From: Algiphilus sp.
Lineage (GTDB): Bacteria > Pseudomonadota > Gammaproteobacteria > Nevskiales > Nevskiaceae
DNA length: 64,000 nucleotides
Direction: 5' to 3'
Assembly: GCF_965216485.1 (NCBI RefSeq)
Contig: NZ_OZ244162.1
Location: 865,385-929,384 of the forward strand
The notes under the pieces: model-generated
What the model was told of the DNA's origin: nothing
Seen by the model: the letters and a program-made list of their open reading frames with translations, nothing else
Database searches by the model: none
Shown: piece after piece, positions 29,800-39,575 of the stretch
Layout: every line of letters begins with the position of its first letter
How positions within the stretch are numbered: the stretch's first letter is position 1
Position numbers and translations under genes: made by a program

Positions 29800-32061
29800 C
29801 TAGCGCGGGGCGGTGTACCAGACGGGGGAGGTCCAGCCGCGTTCCTCGATGGTCTGGAAGACCGGCGTGCCGCTGAAGCGGGGGCCGTCGGCGGTGGCGG
29901 TCTCCTGGATGGCGCAGCAGCCCTCGAAACCCTGCAGGCCGGTGGATTCCGGAAAGATGCCATTTGCCGGATCGAGGCGCGCGCAGTCGACATCCTTGGT
30001 CAGGCAGAGATGCGTGTTGTAGCGGCAGCTCGGCACTTCCAGCGCGCGCACGTAGTAGAAGGCGTGCTGATTGGCGTTGAAATCCGGGTCCTGCCAGACA
30101 GTACCCAGCTGCGAGGGATGCAGGCCAGTGTAGACGGCACAGCTGTCGCGCGCGGGTAGCCGCGGTGTGTCGTCGGTCTGCGCCACCGTGTACACGCGGA
30201 TGTGACGCTCGCCAGCGGCATCCACCCAACCCTTGATGATCTGCAGCGCCTGCAGCGGATGACCGTCCGAGTCCTGCATGACCCAGGCCGCGATGTACGG
30301 TGCGTCACCGCTGCGCGGCGGCAGGTCGGCGCCCATCGCCACACCGGGGAGTGCGGCGGCAGCCATCGGGTCTTCGCCATCGGCGAGGCGCTGCATGACA
30401 TCCTCGGGAAAGGGCTGCCAGCTCGCCAGCATGCGCATGCGCAGGCGTGGCCCGGAGGTGCCCCAGGTCTCGCCGCGGCGCACCGCCTGCCAGATCGCCT
30501 CGCGCCTGTTTTCCGCTGCCCACACGCCCGCCAGGCCGCCAGGATTGAAGGGACGCGCCACATCGGCGAACAGCCGGCCAGGGCAATTGTCAGGGTCGGA
30601 GGGATCCGGGTTGTCGAAGTCGCCCGCCTCGATGCACTGCCACTCTCCGAGCTGCTCGGCGGGCTCATCGTCGAGCACGCCGCCGTGGCCGGAAAAGCCG
30701 GCCTCGCGCACATTGCCGGGCGTACCGTTGTGGTTGTCGGTGGAAGCCGAAATACCCATGCGGTACGGGTTGATGCCGTCGAGTCGATCCTGGATCGCCA
30801 GGCCTTGGGTGAGGGCGTCACGTACGAAATCCTGCGGTGCGGTGCAGCCGTCGGGCGTCGAACCACTGGTGGTGACGGTGTCGCACACATCGACCGCATA
30901 GAGCGGGTCGCGGTGCTGGCAGAAAGCGGGGTCGGTGGCGCTGCCGGTGCAGTACTCGGCGCATTCGGCCGGGTCATCGGCGTCGCCGGTGCAGACGTGC
31001 TTGAACAGCTCGAAATCGCAGTTCGATTCCTCGCCCTGCAGCAGGCCGCCGCCGAGTCCGACGGCGCATTCGGATTGGCCCTTGTGCTGACTAATCTCGA
31101 AGCCGCGTTCCAGTTCCGCGCGCAGGCGGGCGTCAACCGCCGTCAGCGGCTGGTCGTCGCGCGCCGGCGGCAGACCGGTGGCGGGATCGATCGGCCGGAA
31201 GAAGCGACCATTGGCGGTGTTGGCGCTGTGCGCGATGGTGAAGACATCGCAGCCCTCGATCTCCACGCAGGCCTGCTGCAGATGGTCGAAGAGTTCCCAT
31301 TCGATATTGGTGTTGTCGGGCTGGGCCGCGCTCAGCGCGCCGACGGCCCCAAAGGTGTCGGCAGGCACCGTGTCATTGCGGAAGAAGATGTTGCGATGCA
31401 CGGATTGGCCGAAGGCATTGGGCGTGTACTCATAGGCGTGCATCGTCGTGAAACGGCAGGGCTTGTATTCCTCGTTGTTGATGCGCTGGGTCTCCTGCCA
31501 GGCGATCCGCGTCGTGGGCAGTTCGCCGGTGATGCCCTGAAGAAAGGCGAGGGCCGGGGAGGTGTCGCCCGCCACGAAGCTGCGCACATCGTTGCGGATC
31601 TGCTGGCCCAGCAGATTGCACGCCGGGTTGGTGCCCGGTTCCAGGTTGCCGCGCGCCTCGCACACATTGCGGAAGTTGCCGATGGATTCGGCGTGGTCGG
31701 TGATGGCTGCGAAGTCCAGCGGGCGATCGAGCTGCACCGTGCGCCGCGGGGTATGCGGGTCCTCGTCGCCGGCCGGCAGCCCGACCGGGTCGCCCTGGGC
31801 AAAGCGCAGCGCCTCGCGCGGCCCGTTCATGCTCTGGAAGAAATAGGCGTCGATCGAGAAATTGGTATGGGTGTGCAGGTCGCCGAAGTAGGCGTTGTGA
31901 AAGCCGGGTTGGAAGTCCGCGCAGGGTGCGCTGGGACCGGCGCCGATGTCGCCACCACCGTCGTCGGGGGTTGTGCCGTTGGACGGGGCTGTGCTGGTAC
32001 CACAGCCGCCCAGCCAAAGGGCAAGACAGAGCAGCGCGGGAATCTGAAGCGGTCGGACCAT
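29800..32061 (-). CDS. DUF3604 family protein, cysteine-rich lipoprotein (PHP-like N-terminal metal motif), copy 1
   Basis: I prefer the ATG at 32061 (GGAG 6 nt upstream). Lipobox LWLGGCG. Motifs GDLHTHTNFSIDAYF, ITDHAES, STDNHNGTPG, FYYVRALE and ERGWTSPVWY. 22 Cys after the lipobox. Confidence 0.8.
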   Translation of the reverse strand: MVRPLQIPALLCLALWLGGCGTSTAPSNGTTPDDGGGDIGAGPSAPCADFQPGFHNAYFGDLHTHTNFSIDAYFFQSMNGPREALRFAQGDPVGLPAGDEDPHTPRRTVQLDRPLDFAAITDHAESIGNFRNVCEARGNLEPGTNPACNLLGQQIRNDVRSFVAGDTSPALAFLQGITGELPTTRIAWQETQRINNEEYKPCRFTTMHAYEYTPNAFGQSVHRNIFFRNDTVPADTFGAVGALSAAQPDNTNIEWELFDHLQQACVEIEGCDVFTIAHSANTANGRFFRPIDPATGLPPARDDQPLTAVDARLRAELERGFEISQHKGQSECAVGLGGGLLQGEESNCDFELFKHVCTGDADDPAECAEYCTGSATDPAFCQHRDPLYAVDVCDTVTTSGSTPDGCTAPQDFVRDALTQGLAIQDRLDGINPYRMGISASTDNHNGTPGNVREAGFSGHGGVLDDEPAEQLGEWQCIEAGDFDNPDPSDPDNCPGRLFADVARPFNPGGLAGVWAAENRREAIWQAVRRGETWGTSGPRLRMRMLASWQPFPEDVMQRLADGEDPMAAAALPGVAMGADLPPRSGDAPYIAAWVMQDSDGHPLQALQIIKGWVDAAGERHIRVYTVAQTDDTPRLPARDSCAVYTGLHPSQLGTVWQDPDFNANQHAFYYVRALEVPSCRYNTHLCLTKDVDCARLDPANGIFPESTGLQGFEGCCAIQETATADGPRFSGTPVFQTIEERGWTSPVWYTAPR

Positions 32062-32075
32062 GGCAGGCTCCAATG

Positions 32076-33098
32076 CTAGGCGGCGCCAAGGGCGGTGATG
32101 CGCCCCAGCAGCCAGTAACAGGCGATGCCGCCCAAGGCATGGGTGGCGAGCTGCGCGCTCGGCGCGGCCGGCAGCCAGCGGCCCAGAGGACGCAGCAACA
32201 GCAGGGCGGCGATGAACAGCAGTTGCCCTGCTTCCACCCCGAGATTGAAGCTGGCCAGCGCCCAGGCCTCGGCGGCCGGCGGCAGACCGATATCCGCGAG
32301 CGCGCCGGCAAAGCCGAAGCCGTGCAGCAAGCCGAATCCGAAGGCAACCGCCCAGGGGAAGCGGAAGGTCCAGCTGGGCGGCATCGCGCGGCCGGCTCCC
32401 GGTGGACCGGCACGGGCGAGTTCCACCGCCAGCAGTAGGATCGACAGCGCAATCACGGCTTCCACCGGCGCGGAAGGCAGGCGCAGCTCACCCAGTGTGG
32501 CCAATGACAGCGTGATGCTGTGCGCCAGCGTGAAGGCGGTAACGGTGCCGATCCACGCGCCGACACCGCGGCCGGCACGCCACAGCACCAGCACCAGACC
32601 CAGCACGAAGAGCAGATGATCCGGGCCGGCCAGGATGTGTTCCACGCCGAGCAGGAAGTAGGTCGCCACCGATGGCTGTGCGCGGCTGTCGGTCAGAGTC
32701 AGTGCGACCTCGGGCGCATCGCGGCTGGCGCGCTGATAGCGCGCATCGTTGCCCATGCGAATATGCACCAGCGCTTCCGGCCGAATGCTGTTCATCCCGC
32801 CGACGTGCAGCCGATGCGCCTCCATGGCGGCGCTGCATTGCAGCTGCCAGCGACGGATCAGTGCTTCTTCAGTGACGGTGACTTCGGCCTGTCCGTGCGG
32901 CGCGCATTCTGGCTGCAATGACAGTTGCAGGGGCGGCAGCGTGCGTTCACCGCGGCGCGCATCCTTGGTGAGCACCTGCAGTGTCTGCGGCCCCGTGGCC
33001 TCGATACCGATATAGGCCATGGGTTGCTCGTGCGCGGCTGCCGGCGTGGCCAACAGGCACGCCCAGATGCATGCGCATGCAATGACGGCGATCTTCAT
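32076..33098 (-). CDS. HupE/UreJ-like membrane protein with an extra N-terminal periplasmic domain (HupE_UreJ_2-like), copy 1
   Basis: Signal peptide, then about 140 aa of soluble region with two conserved Cys (IRRWQLQC). The membrane core has GVEHILAGPDHLLF, AHSITLSL, EAVIALSI, GLLHGFGFAG and FNLGVEAGQL. Confidence 0.8.
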   Translation of the reverse strand: MKIAVIACACIWACLLATPAAAHEQPMAYIGIEATGPQTLQVLTKDARRGERTLPPLQLSLQPECAPHGQAEVTVTEEALIRRWQLQCSAAMEAHRLHVGGMNSIRPEALVHIRMGNDARYQRASRDAPEVALTLTDSRAQPSVATYFLLGVEHILAGPDHLLFVLGLVLVLWRAGRGVGAWIGTVTAFTLAHSITLSLATLGELRLPSAPVEAVIALSILLLAVELARAGPPGAGRAMPPSWTFRFPWAVAFGFGLLHGFGFAGALADIGLPPAAEAWALASFNLGVEAGQLLFIAALLLLRPLGRWLPAAPSAQLATHALGGIACYWLLGRITALGAA

Positions 33099-33937
33099 CA
33101 CGTGGAGGGCGCGCGGCGCACCACGAATTGGGCGCGAAGCTGCTCGAGCAGGTCGGCATTCTTCCGTTCACGCTGCAGATGGCGCACTTCATTGACCAGG
33201 GCCTCGCCGGCGGAGTCCACCGTGGCCGGCACGAAGGGGATGACCGCCTGCACGCGCACCAGGTGCAGCCCTGCTGGCGAGGCAATCGGCCCCGACCACT
33301 GCTGCAGCGGGAAGGTCTGCAAGGCGTCGAAGAAGTCACGGCCGAATCGCTTGTGCACTGCCGTGGCATCGGCGGCCTTGATCTGCGCCGGGCCCGGGAA
33401 AGGGTCGCCCGGCGGCAGCGCGGCGCCGGACCCGGCTGCTCGCAGCTCGTGCAGCAGCGCCTCGGCGCGTTGGGGAGCCTGTGCGCCGCGGGTGAGGAAG
33501 ACGTGCTCGAAGCTGATACGCATCGGCTGGCCATAGCGCTCCGGGTGCGCCTGCAGGTGCGCCTGCAGCGCCTCCCGCGTCGGCTCGGGCAGTGGGTGGG
33601 TGTCCTCCAGCAGGAAGCGCATCTTGCGGATGAGCTGACGACGGATGATCTGATCGTCCTCGTCCAGCCCGAGGGCGCGCGCCTGGCGGAACAGTGCCTC
33701 GTTGTCGACCCAGTGCGCGATCATGCGGTCGAGTTCCTCGGCCGTGGGCGGGCGATGCTCGCGCGTCTGGAAATCCGCACGAAGGGCGTCGACGCGCTGC
33801 GCGCTGACCACGATCTCGCGCGCCGCATCGCCGTCGCTGAGTCCATGGTCGAGGGCAAACAGCGCGCCACCGATCAGTGCGAAGACAACCAGGGGCTCGC
33901 GCAGCCAGCGTGGCCCAAGGGACGCGCTAGAAGGCAT
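33098..33937 (-). CDS. Membrane-anchored parvulin-type peptidyl-prolyl isomerase-like protein, copy 1
   Basis: N-terminal TM (EPLVVFALIGGALFAL). C-terminal ...FEHVFL...FFDALQTFPLQQWSGPIASPAGLHLVRV resembles PpiC/rotamase-2 domains. It overlaps the upstream gene by 11 nt and shares 1 nt with the downstream gene. Confidence 0.65.
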   Translation of the reverse strand: MPSSASLGPRWLREPLVVFALIGGALFALDHGLSDGDAAREIVVSAQRVDALRADFQTREHRPPTAEELDRMIAHWVDNEALFRQARALGLDEDDQIIRRQLIRKMRFLLEDTHPLPEPTREALQAHLQAHPERYGQPMRISFEHVFLTRGAQAPQRAEALLHELRAAGSGAALPPGDPFPGPAQIKAADATAVHKRFGRDFFDALQTFPLQQWSGPIASPAGLHLVRVQAVIPFVPATVDSAGEALVNEVRHLQRERKNADLLEQLRAQFVVRRAPST

Positions 33938-36170
33938 AGGCCAGCGATGCGGTGATGTGGTCGCGGTCCGAGCGCAGATTGCGGTCGCCGGCGCCGGTGA
34001 ACATCGTGTAGTCGACGGTGGTGGTGAGATTGCGCGTCAGACGCATCTGAAAGCCGGCCGTGAGCTTGATCTGCCCTTCGACGAAATTCTGGATAGGGAA
34101 GGCGGAGGTGCCCTGCACGTCGTGCTCGAACAGGGCGCGCGGAATGACGGTCATGCCGAACACGGCGTTGTGATAGGTCGGCAACAGCAGGATGCGATAG
34201 CCCCAGGCGAAATCATCGGCAAAGATGTCCGGGTCCGCCTGCTCCGGATTGACGCGGCGCGTATCCGGTTCGCCGCCGCTGCCGCTGCCGTCCGCGCCCG
34301 GGCTGAAGTGGGTGTTGGTGGCGCCGGAGCCTTCGATCTGCAGCCGCTCCAGCGCTGGCAGGTCGAAAATCTGGGTCGCGCCGACCTCTACCGCCACCAG
34401 AATCTGATCGGCGCCGATCCAGTTGCTCGCCGACAGCGCGCGAATCGCGGTGAAGCTGGCCTGCCCGATGGACAGCCGCTCGTAGCCGGTGACGCGCTCG
34501 CCGGCGGAGACCGGGTCGCGCCGGAAGCGCGTCTGCAGGAAGTCCGGCGCCGCCGAACGCGCCCCGGGCACGGTGAAGATGCTCTCCGCCCCCGTGGGAA
34601 TACCGACATCCTCGTCGGGAAACGCGGGTTGCAGCGAGGCGAACAGCACGTCGCGCGTGGCGACCTGGACGGGCTGGTTGGGGCTGTAGGCGATCTCGCC
34701 GGCGAAGGACCAAGCCCCGATATTGGTGGTGCCGCTGAAGCCGTAGAGCTGGATGTCTTCCGGGTAATCCAGGAAGGGCCGGATGGTGTCCACCGGCAGG
34801 GCCTCCTGCCCGACTTCGGGGACGCCGGGAATCTGTGCGGCGATGGTGTCGAGCACGGTATCGTTGATGATGTTGGCATCCCCCGCGAAGCCGCCACAGG
34901 CGAGCAGGGCCTGCGCAAAGGCGGTCTGCTGCGTGACCGGGTCGAGCGCACCCCCCAGGTCGGGCAGCGCATCCAGCAGCAGCGGAAGTACGGCGCCGAG
35001 GTCCCCAGCGGCGATCTGCTCGCGATCGCGCAGACAGCTGCGTTCGGCGGCGAACACGCTCAGATATGGCAGCCGGCTGTGGTAGTTCATGCCGTAGAAG
35101 CTCAGTTCCGAGCCACCGTTGAGCCATTCGGCGTAGTAGTTCAGCCGCAGGCCGAACTGGCCCTCGTCGCGGGGTTCGCCGAAGCGCTCGTCGAGCAGAT
35201 AGGCCGTGCGCGTGGCACTACTGAGCAGGCTGGACAGACCCGACGGCTGGAACTGGCGATTGGGGTCTTCCGGAAACTGGCCGATGCCGATGGTCAGATT
35301 GGTCGGGCCGTCGCCGGCCGCGCCGATATCCGCGGTCGACAGGAAGGAGCCCGCCACATCGGGTTCGGTGGGCGCCCAGTCGTACTGGTAGAAGGCGTTG
35401 ACCGAGACATTGGCCGAGAACTCGTAGTCGGCAATGATCATCCCTACCGGGAGGAAGGCATTCTTCAGGCGTGCGCCGGGCTGGCGCAGCAGGCGCGCAC
35501 TGAGCGGATTGATCTGGTTCAGGCTGCTGAACACCAGAAAGGTGGATTCGCCCCAGCGCAGGATCTGTTGTCCCACCGACAATCGGAGCCGGCCATCGAA
35601 ACCCGGCACGGGTGCACTGACGAAGGCTTCCAGCAGCCGCGCCTGGCGGCCGAGGTCCGCTTCCAGATCCGGTCGGCGCGGGACGCGTTCAGGCTGGAAC
35701 AGTGTGTTTTCGTTAAAGGTCAGAAAGTCGCTGTTGAAGGGGTCGTAGTAGGCAAGGCCGGTGAACTTCGCACTGAGCTCGCCCCAGAACACACTGATCT
35801 CGGGCTGGTACTGCGCCGTGGCGTAGACGATGTCGCCCTGGGCGTAGTTGAGATTGCCGTCGTCGCCATTGACGTTGTAGCCGCCGCGGGCGTCCACCAG
35901 GCGCTGATTCGGGGCGGGATCCCCCATCAGCGACATGCAGTCGTCCTCCACGCACAGGCGTTCCTGGCCGGGCACGTTGAGCTTGGCCAGCAAGGCGTTG
36001 TTGCGGTCCTCCAGGCGCCAGCTGGCACCCACGGCGGCCCGCTGGTTGATGCGGATATCGACCTCACCCAGACGGAAGTCCGCGGCCTGCCCCTGCGTTG
36101 TACCCAGTGCCAGGCAGGCTGCGAAAACCGCCATCCACTGCCACCCACCCCTGCTACGACTCTCCCCCAT
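33927..36170 (-). CDS. DUF1302-like outer-membrane beta-barrel protein
   Basis: GAGGAG RBS and signal peptide ...ALGTTQGQA. Tyr/Gly/Asn-rich alternating pattern, with a C-terminal ...TASLAYAF (aromatic terminal residue). The N-terminal region resembles DUF1302 proteins as I recall them. Confidence 0.65.
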   Translation of the reverse strand: MGESRSRGGWQWMAVFAACLALGTTQGQAADFRLGEVDIRINQRAAVGASWRLEDRNNALLAKLNVPGQERLCVEDDCMSLMGDPAPNQRLVDARGGYNVNGDDGNLNYAQGDIVYATAQYQPEISVFWGELSAKFTGLAYYDPFNSDFLTFNENTLFQPERVPRRPDLEADLGRQARLLEAFVSAPVPGFDGRLRLSVGQQILRWGESTFLVFSSLNQINPLSARLLRQPGARLKNAFLPVGMIIADYEFSANVSVNAFYQYDWAPTEPDVAGSFLSTADIGAAGDGPTNLTIGIGQFPEDPNRQFQPSGLSSLLSSATRTAYLLDERFGEPRDEGQFGLRLNYYAEWLNGGSELSFYGMNYHSRLPYLSVFAAERSCLRDREQIAAGDLGAVLPLLLDALPDLGGALDPVTQQTAFAQALLACGGFAGDANIINDTVLDTIAAQIPGVPEVGQEALPVDTIRPFLDYPEDIQLYGFSGTTNIGAWSFAGEIAYSPNQPVQVATRDVLFASLQPAFPDEDVGIPTGAESIFTVPGARSAAPDFLQTRFRRDPVSAGERVTGYERLSIGQASFTAIRALSASNWIGADQILVAVEVGATQIFDLPALERLQIEGSGATNTHFSPGADGSGSGGEPDTRRVNPEQADPDIFADDFAWGYRILLLPTYHNAVFGMTVIPRALFEHDVQGTSAFPIQNFVEGQIKLTAGFQMRLTRNLTTTVDYTMFTGAGDRNLRSDRDHITASLAYAF

Positions 36171-36446
36171 GCGCTTGGTCTCCTCTTTTCCTGCCCTGTG
36201 GGCATGGCTGGCCGAGCCTCTTCGGGCGGCCTTATGCGTCCGTAATATCCCGAAAATTTTACGACCTGTAAAGACGCCTCGATCTCGATCGTCAGAGGGG
36301 CAGCGGATCGAGGTGATGGCTGCAGGTGATTATTTGACAGCCTGTAAATAAATCGCGCAGCATGTCGTCGTCAAGGGCACTCGCACCGGGGGAGATGCCC
36401 GCGGAGCGCTGGGCGAACAGTCACGGCCCAAGAGGAGTTGGGGGAG

Positions 36447-37292
36447 ATGCTGAAGACATTCCATAACAAGATCTGCGTCATCACCGGAGGCTCGAGCGGC
36501 ATCGGCTACAGCGTGGCCGAGGCGCTGGCGCGCGACGGCGCCCGGCTGCTGCTGGTCGCCCGTCAGCAGGCGGCGCTGGAGCAGGCGGCCTCCTGTCTGC
36601 GCGAGCTGGGTGCGGCGGAGGTCCAGGTCTGCAGTGCTGACGTGACCAGAACGGAAGACCTCGCCCGTGTCGCCCAGGCCGTGTCGGACATGGGCAAGGC
36701 CGCCGATCTGATTATCACCAGCGCCGGTGTGGTCAGTGCCGGGCTGTTCGAGGATGTTCCGCTGGAAGAGTGGCGTCGACTGCATGATGTCAATGTCATC
36801 GGATTGGTCGCGGTGTTGCAGGCCCTGCTGCCCGCGATGCGCGCCCGTGCCAAGGCGGGGGGTGGCGGCGGGCATATCGTCAACATCGCCTCGGCGGCGG
36901 GGCTGGTGGGCTTTCCGGGCATGGCCGCCTACGGTGCGACCAAGGCGGCGGTGGCCGGCTTGAGCGAAAGCCTGCGCGCCGAGCTGTCCGGCCTTGGCAT
37001 TGGGGTCACGGCGGTTTGCCCTGGCTTTGTGCAGACGCCGATCGCCGACAAGATCACGCTGTTCGGGCGTATGGATACACCGCGCACGCGCAAGATGATC
37101 GGGCAGTGGTTCCAGCGCAATGACCTCTCGCCCGAGCGCGTCGCCGCAGCCACCCTGGCCGCGGTGCGGCGCGATCGTGCCCTGGTGGTGGTGGGCAAGG
37201 ATGCAGCCTCCGGCTACTGGACCAAGCGAGTTGCACCCGGGATTCTGCGCATGGTGCTGCGCCGTGCCGGTGGCGCCTCGGCCACCGCCTGA
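36447..37292 (+). CDS. SDR family oxidoreductase
   Basis: Start at the ATG 10 nt after AGGAG. Motifs VITGGSSGIGYS, NIASAAG and YGATKAAV (YxxxK). Confidence 0.9.
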   Translation: MLKTFHNKICVITGGSSGIGYSVAEALARDGARLLLVARQQAALEQAASCLRELGAAEVQVCSADVTRTEDLARVAQAVSDMGKAADLIITSAGVVSAGLFEDVPLEEWRRLHDVNVIGLVAVLQALLPAMRARAKAGGGGGHIVNIASAAGLVGFPGMAAYGATKAAVAGLSESLRAELSGLGIGVTAVCPGFVQTPIADKITLFGRMDTPRTRKMIGQWFQRNDLSPERVAAATLAAVRRDRALVVVGKDAASGYWTKRVAPGILRMVLRRAGGASATA

Positions 37293-37306
37293 GCGGGGAG
37301 AACCGC

Positions 37307-38386
37307 ATGTGGAAGAAAGGGCTTGTCGTGGTCGCGGTGGTGCTGGCCGTGCTGGTCGGGCTGTTCCTGAGCTTCGAGGACCGCATCGTCCGACGCATCG
37401 TCTTTCAGCAGGCGTTGGCGAGCATCCAGGCCGACAATCTCGAAGGCATGGACAACGGCTTGCACGTGGTGCTCTGCGGCTCCGGCTCGCCGCTGCCGGA
37501 CCCGACCCGCGCCGGCCCCTGCGCATTGGTGATCGCAGGCGAGCAGGTGCTGATGGTCGACGTCGGATCGGGCAGCATGCGCAATCTCGGCCCCATGGGC
37601 ATTCCACCCGGGCGGGTGGATGCCTTGCTGCTCACCCATTTCCATTCCGACCATATCGATGGCATCGGAGAGCTGATGCTGCAGCGCTGGGCCGGAGGCA
37701 GCCACTCCACGCCACTGCCGGTGATCGCGCCCGCAGGGGTCACCCCCATCGTCGAGGGCTTCAATCAGGCTTACCGCACCGATATCGGTTACCGCATTGC
37801 ACACCACGGAGAGGCGGTTGTGCCGCCCAGCGGCGCCGGTGCCAGTGCGCGTCCCTTTGCGCTGCCGCCGGCGGAAGGTCGCGTGGTGCTGCAGCAGGAA
37901 GGACTGACCGTCACCGCCTTCCCGGTCGATCACGCGCCAGTGGAGCCGTCGGTGGGCTACCGCTTCGACTACCAGGGACGCAGCGCGGTGATCAGCGGCG
38001 ACACCAAGGCCTCGGACGTAGTGCGTCGCCACGCCCAGGGCGTGGATCTGCTGGTGCACGAGGCGCTGGCCTCGAATCTCGTCGGCATCCTGACCGAGGC
38101 CGCCGAGGTGGCCGGCGAGACGGAGTTGGCGACCATCACGCGCGATATCCTCGACTACCACACCAGCCCGGTGGAGGCGGCGCGCATCGCGGCGCAGGCC
38201 GAAGTCGGGCACCTGCTCTACACCCACATCGTTCCGCAATTGCCGGTGGTATTGCTCGAACGGCAGTTTCTGAAAGGGGTGGACGCCGTCTTCGAGGGTC
38301 CGGTCACGGTGGGCGAGGACGGTCTGTGGGTGTCCATGCCGGCCGACAGCACAGCCATCGACATCGAGCAACTCCTACGCTGGTAG
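37307..38386 (+). CDS. MBL-fold metallo-hydrolase (RNase Z/arylsulfatase-like), N-terminal membrane anchor
   Basis: LLTHFHSDHIDGIGEL (HxHxDH) and later H/D ligands (GDTK, LVHEA). N-terminal hydrophobic VVVAVVLAVLVGLFL. Confidence 0.85.
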   Translation: MWKKGLVVVAVVLAVLVGLFLSFEDRIVRRIVFQQALASIQADNLEGMDNGLHVVLCGSGSPLPDPTRAGPCALVIAGEQVLMVDVGSGSMRNLGPMGIPPGRVDALLLTHFHSDHIDGIGELMLQRWAGGSHSTPLPVIAPAGVTPIVEGFNQAYRTDIGYRIAHHGEAVVPPSGAGASARPFALPPAEGRVVLQQEGLTVTAFPVDHAPVEPSVGYRFDYQGRSAVISGDTKASDVVRRHAQGVDLLVHEALASNLVGILTEAAEVAGETELATITRDILDYHTSPVEAARIAAQAEVGHLLYTHIVPQLPVVLLERQFLKGVDAVFEGPVTVGEDGLWVSMPADSTAIDIEQLLRW

Positions 38387-38416
38387 CACCTGCCATTCGA
38401 TTTCTTTGAGACCCCG

Positions 38417-39547
38417 ATGACCAAGCCCTATCTGCTGTACGGCTGGCAACTGTCCTATTTCAGCGGCAAGGCGCGCGCCTATCTGCGCTACAAGCAGATT
38501 CCCTTCCGCGAGCGGGTGGTGGATGGCTACACCCTGATGCGGCGGATTCCGCGCAAGACCGGGAGCAGTCCGGTCATGCCGGTGGTGGTCACGCCGGAGG
38601 GGGAATGGCTGCAGGACACCACCCATATCATCGAGACGCTGGAAGGTCGCTTTCCCGCGCCTTCCGTCTATCACGAGTCCGCGGCCCTGCGCGTGCTCGC
38701 GCAGTTGCTGGAAGTCTGGGCGGACGAGTGGTGGATTCCCCCCGCGATGCACTACCGATGGTCATATCCCGAAAACGAGGCGCTGTTTCTGAAGGAGGCC
38801 GGGCGCGCATTGCTGCCCTTTGCACCCGGCTTTGTGCAGCGTCGGCTGGCGCGCCGGCCGGCCACCATGCTGAAGAGCTATCTGCCCGGCGTCGGGGTCG
38901 TCCCCGAGCAGTTTGCGCTGATGGAAGCCTGGACCGAGGCCATGCTCGACGCCCTCGACCAGCATTTCGCCAGCCACGATTTCCTGCTTGGCGGGCGCCC
39001 CTGCGTGGCCGATTTCGCCCTCATCGGCCCGCTCTATGCGCATCTGGCCCGGGACCCCTGGCCGCAACGTGCCCTGATCGCGCCGCGTCCGCATCTGCAG
39101 GCCTGGGTGGCGCGCACCCATGCCGGTGCGCAGGGTGATGGGGCGCTGTTCGACATTGCTGCGCTGCCGCCGACCCTGCAGCCGATCCTGCGCGCGCTAC
39201 GCGACGAATTTCTGCCCATGGTGCTTGGCATTCGCGATGCGGTGCTACGGTACGCGGAAGGCGGTACGGGGCAGAAGCCGCGTCTGCCGCGCGCGCTCGA
39301 GTCCATTGATTTTCCCATGGCCGACGGCCGCTTCCACCGTCTGGCCATGCCCTACACGCTGTGGATGATGCAGGGCGTGCAGCGCGGCTATCTGGCGCTC
39401 GACGAGGCACAGCGCACTACGCTGTGCACCGCGATCGGCGGCGGTGCAGCCGCCGAGGCGCTGGCGGCGGACATGGGGCCGCCGCTGCAGCGCACGGGCC
39501 TGCGCGTACGCCTGGCGGAGCCAACCGGCAGCGCGCGCAGCCGTTAG
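38417..39547 (+). CDS. Long glutathione S-transferase-like protein (thioredoxin-fold N-domain), paralog 1
   Basis: LYGWQLSYFSGKARAYLRYKQIPF, LLEVWADEWW..MHYRW and LLGGRPCVADFAL. 376 aa. Confidence 0.7.
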   Translation: MTKPYLLYGWQLSYFSGKARAYLRYKQIPFRERVVDGYTLMRRIPRKTGSSPVMPVVVTPEGEWLQDTTHIIETLEGRFPAPSVYHESAALRVLAQLLEVWADEWWIPPAMHYRWSYPENEALFLKEAGRALLPFAPGFVQRRLARRPATMLKSYLPGVGVVPEQFALMEAWTEAMLDALDQHFASHDFLLGGRPCVADFALIGPLYAHLARDPWPQRALIAPRPHLQAWVARTHAGAQGDGALFDIAALPPTLQPILRALRDEFLPMVLGIRDAVLRYAEGGTGQKPRLPRALESIDFPMADGRFHRLAMPYTLWMMQGVQRGYLALDEAQRTTLCTAIGGGAAAEALAADMGPPLQRTGLRVRLAEPTGSARSR

Positions 39548-39575
39548 GCTACGGCCTTTGTCACCGGAAGATCGC

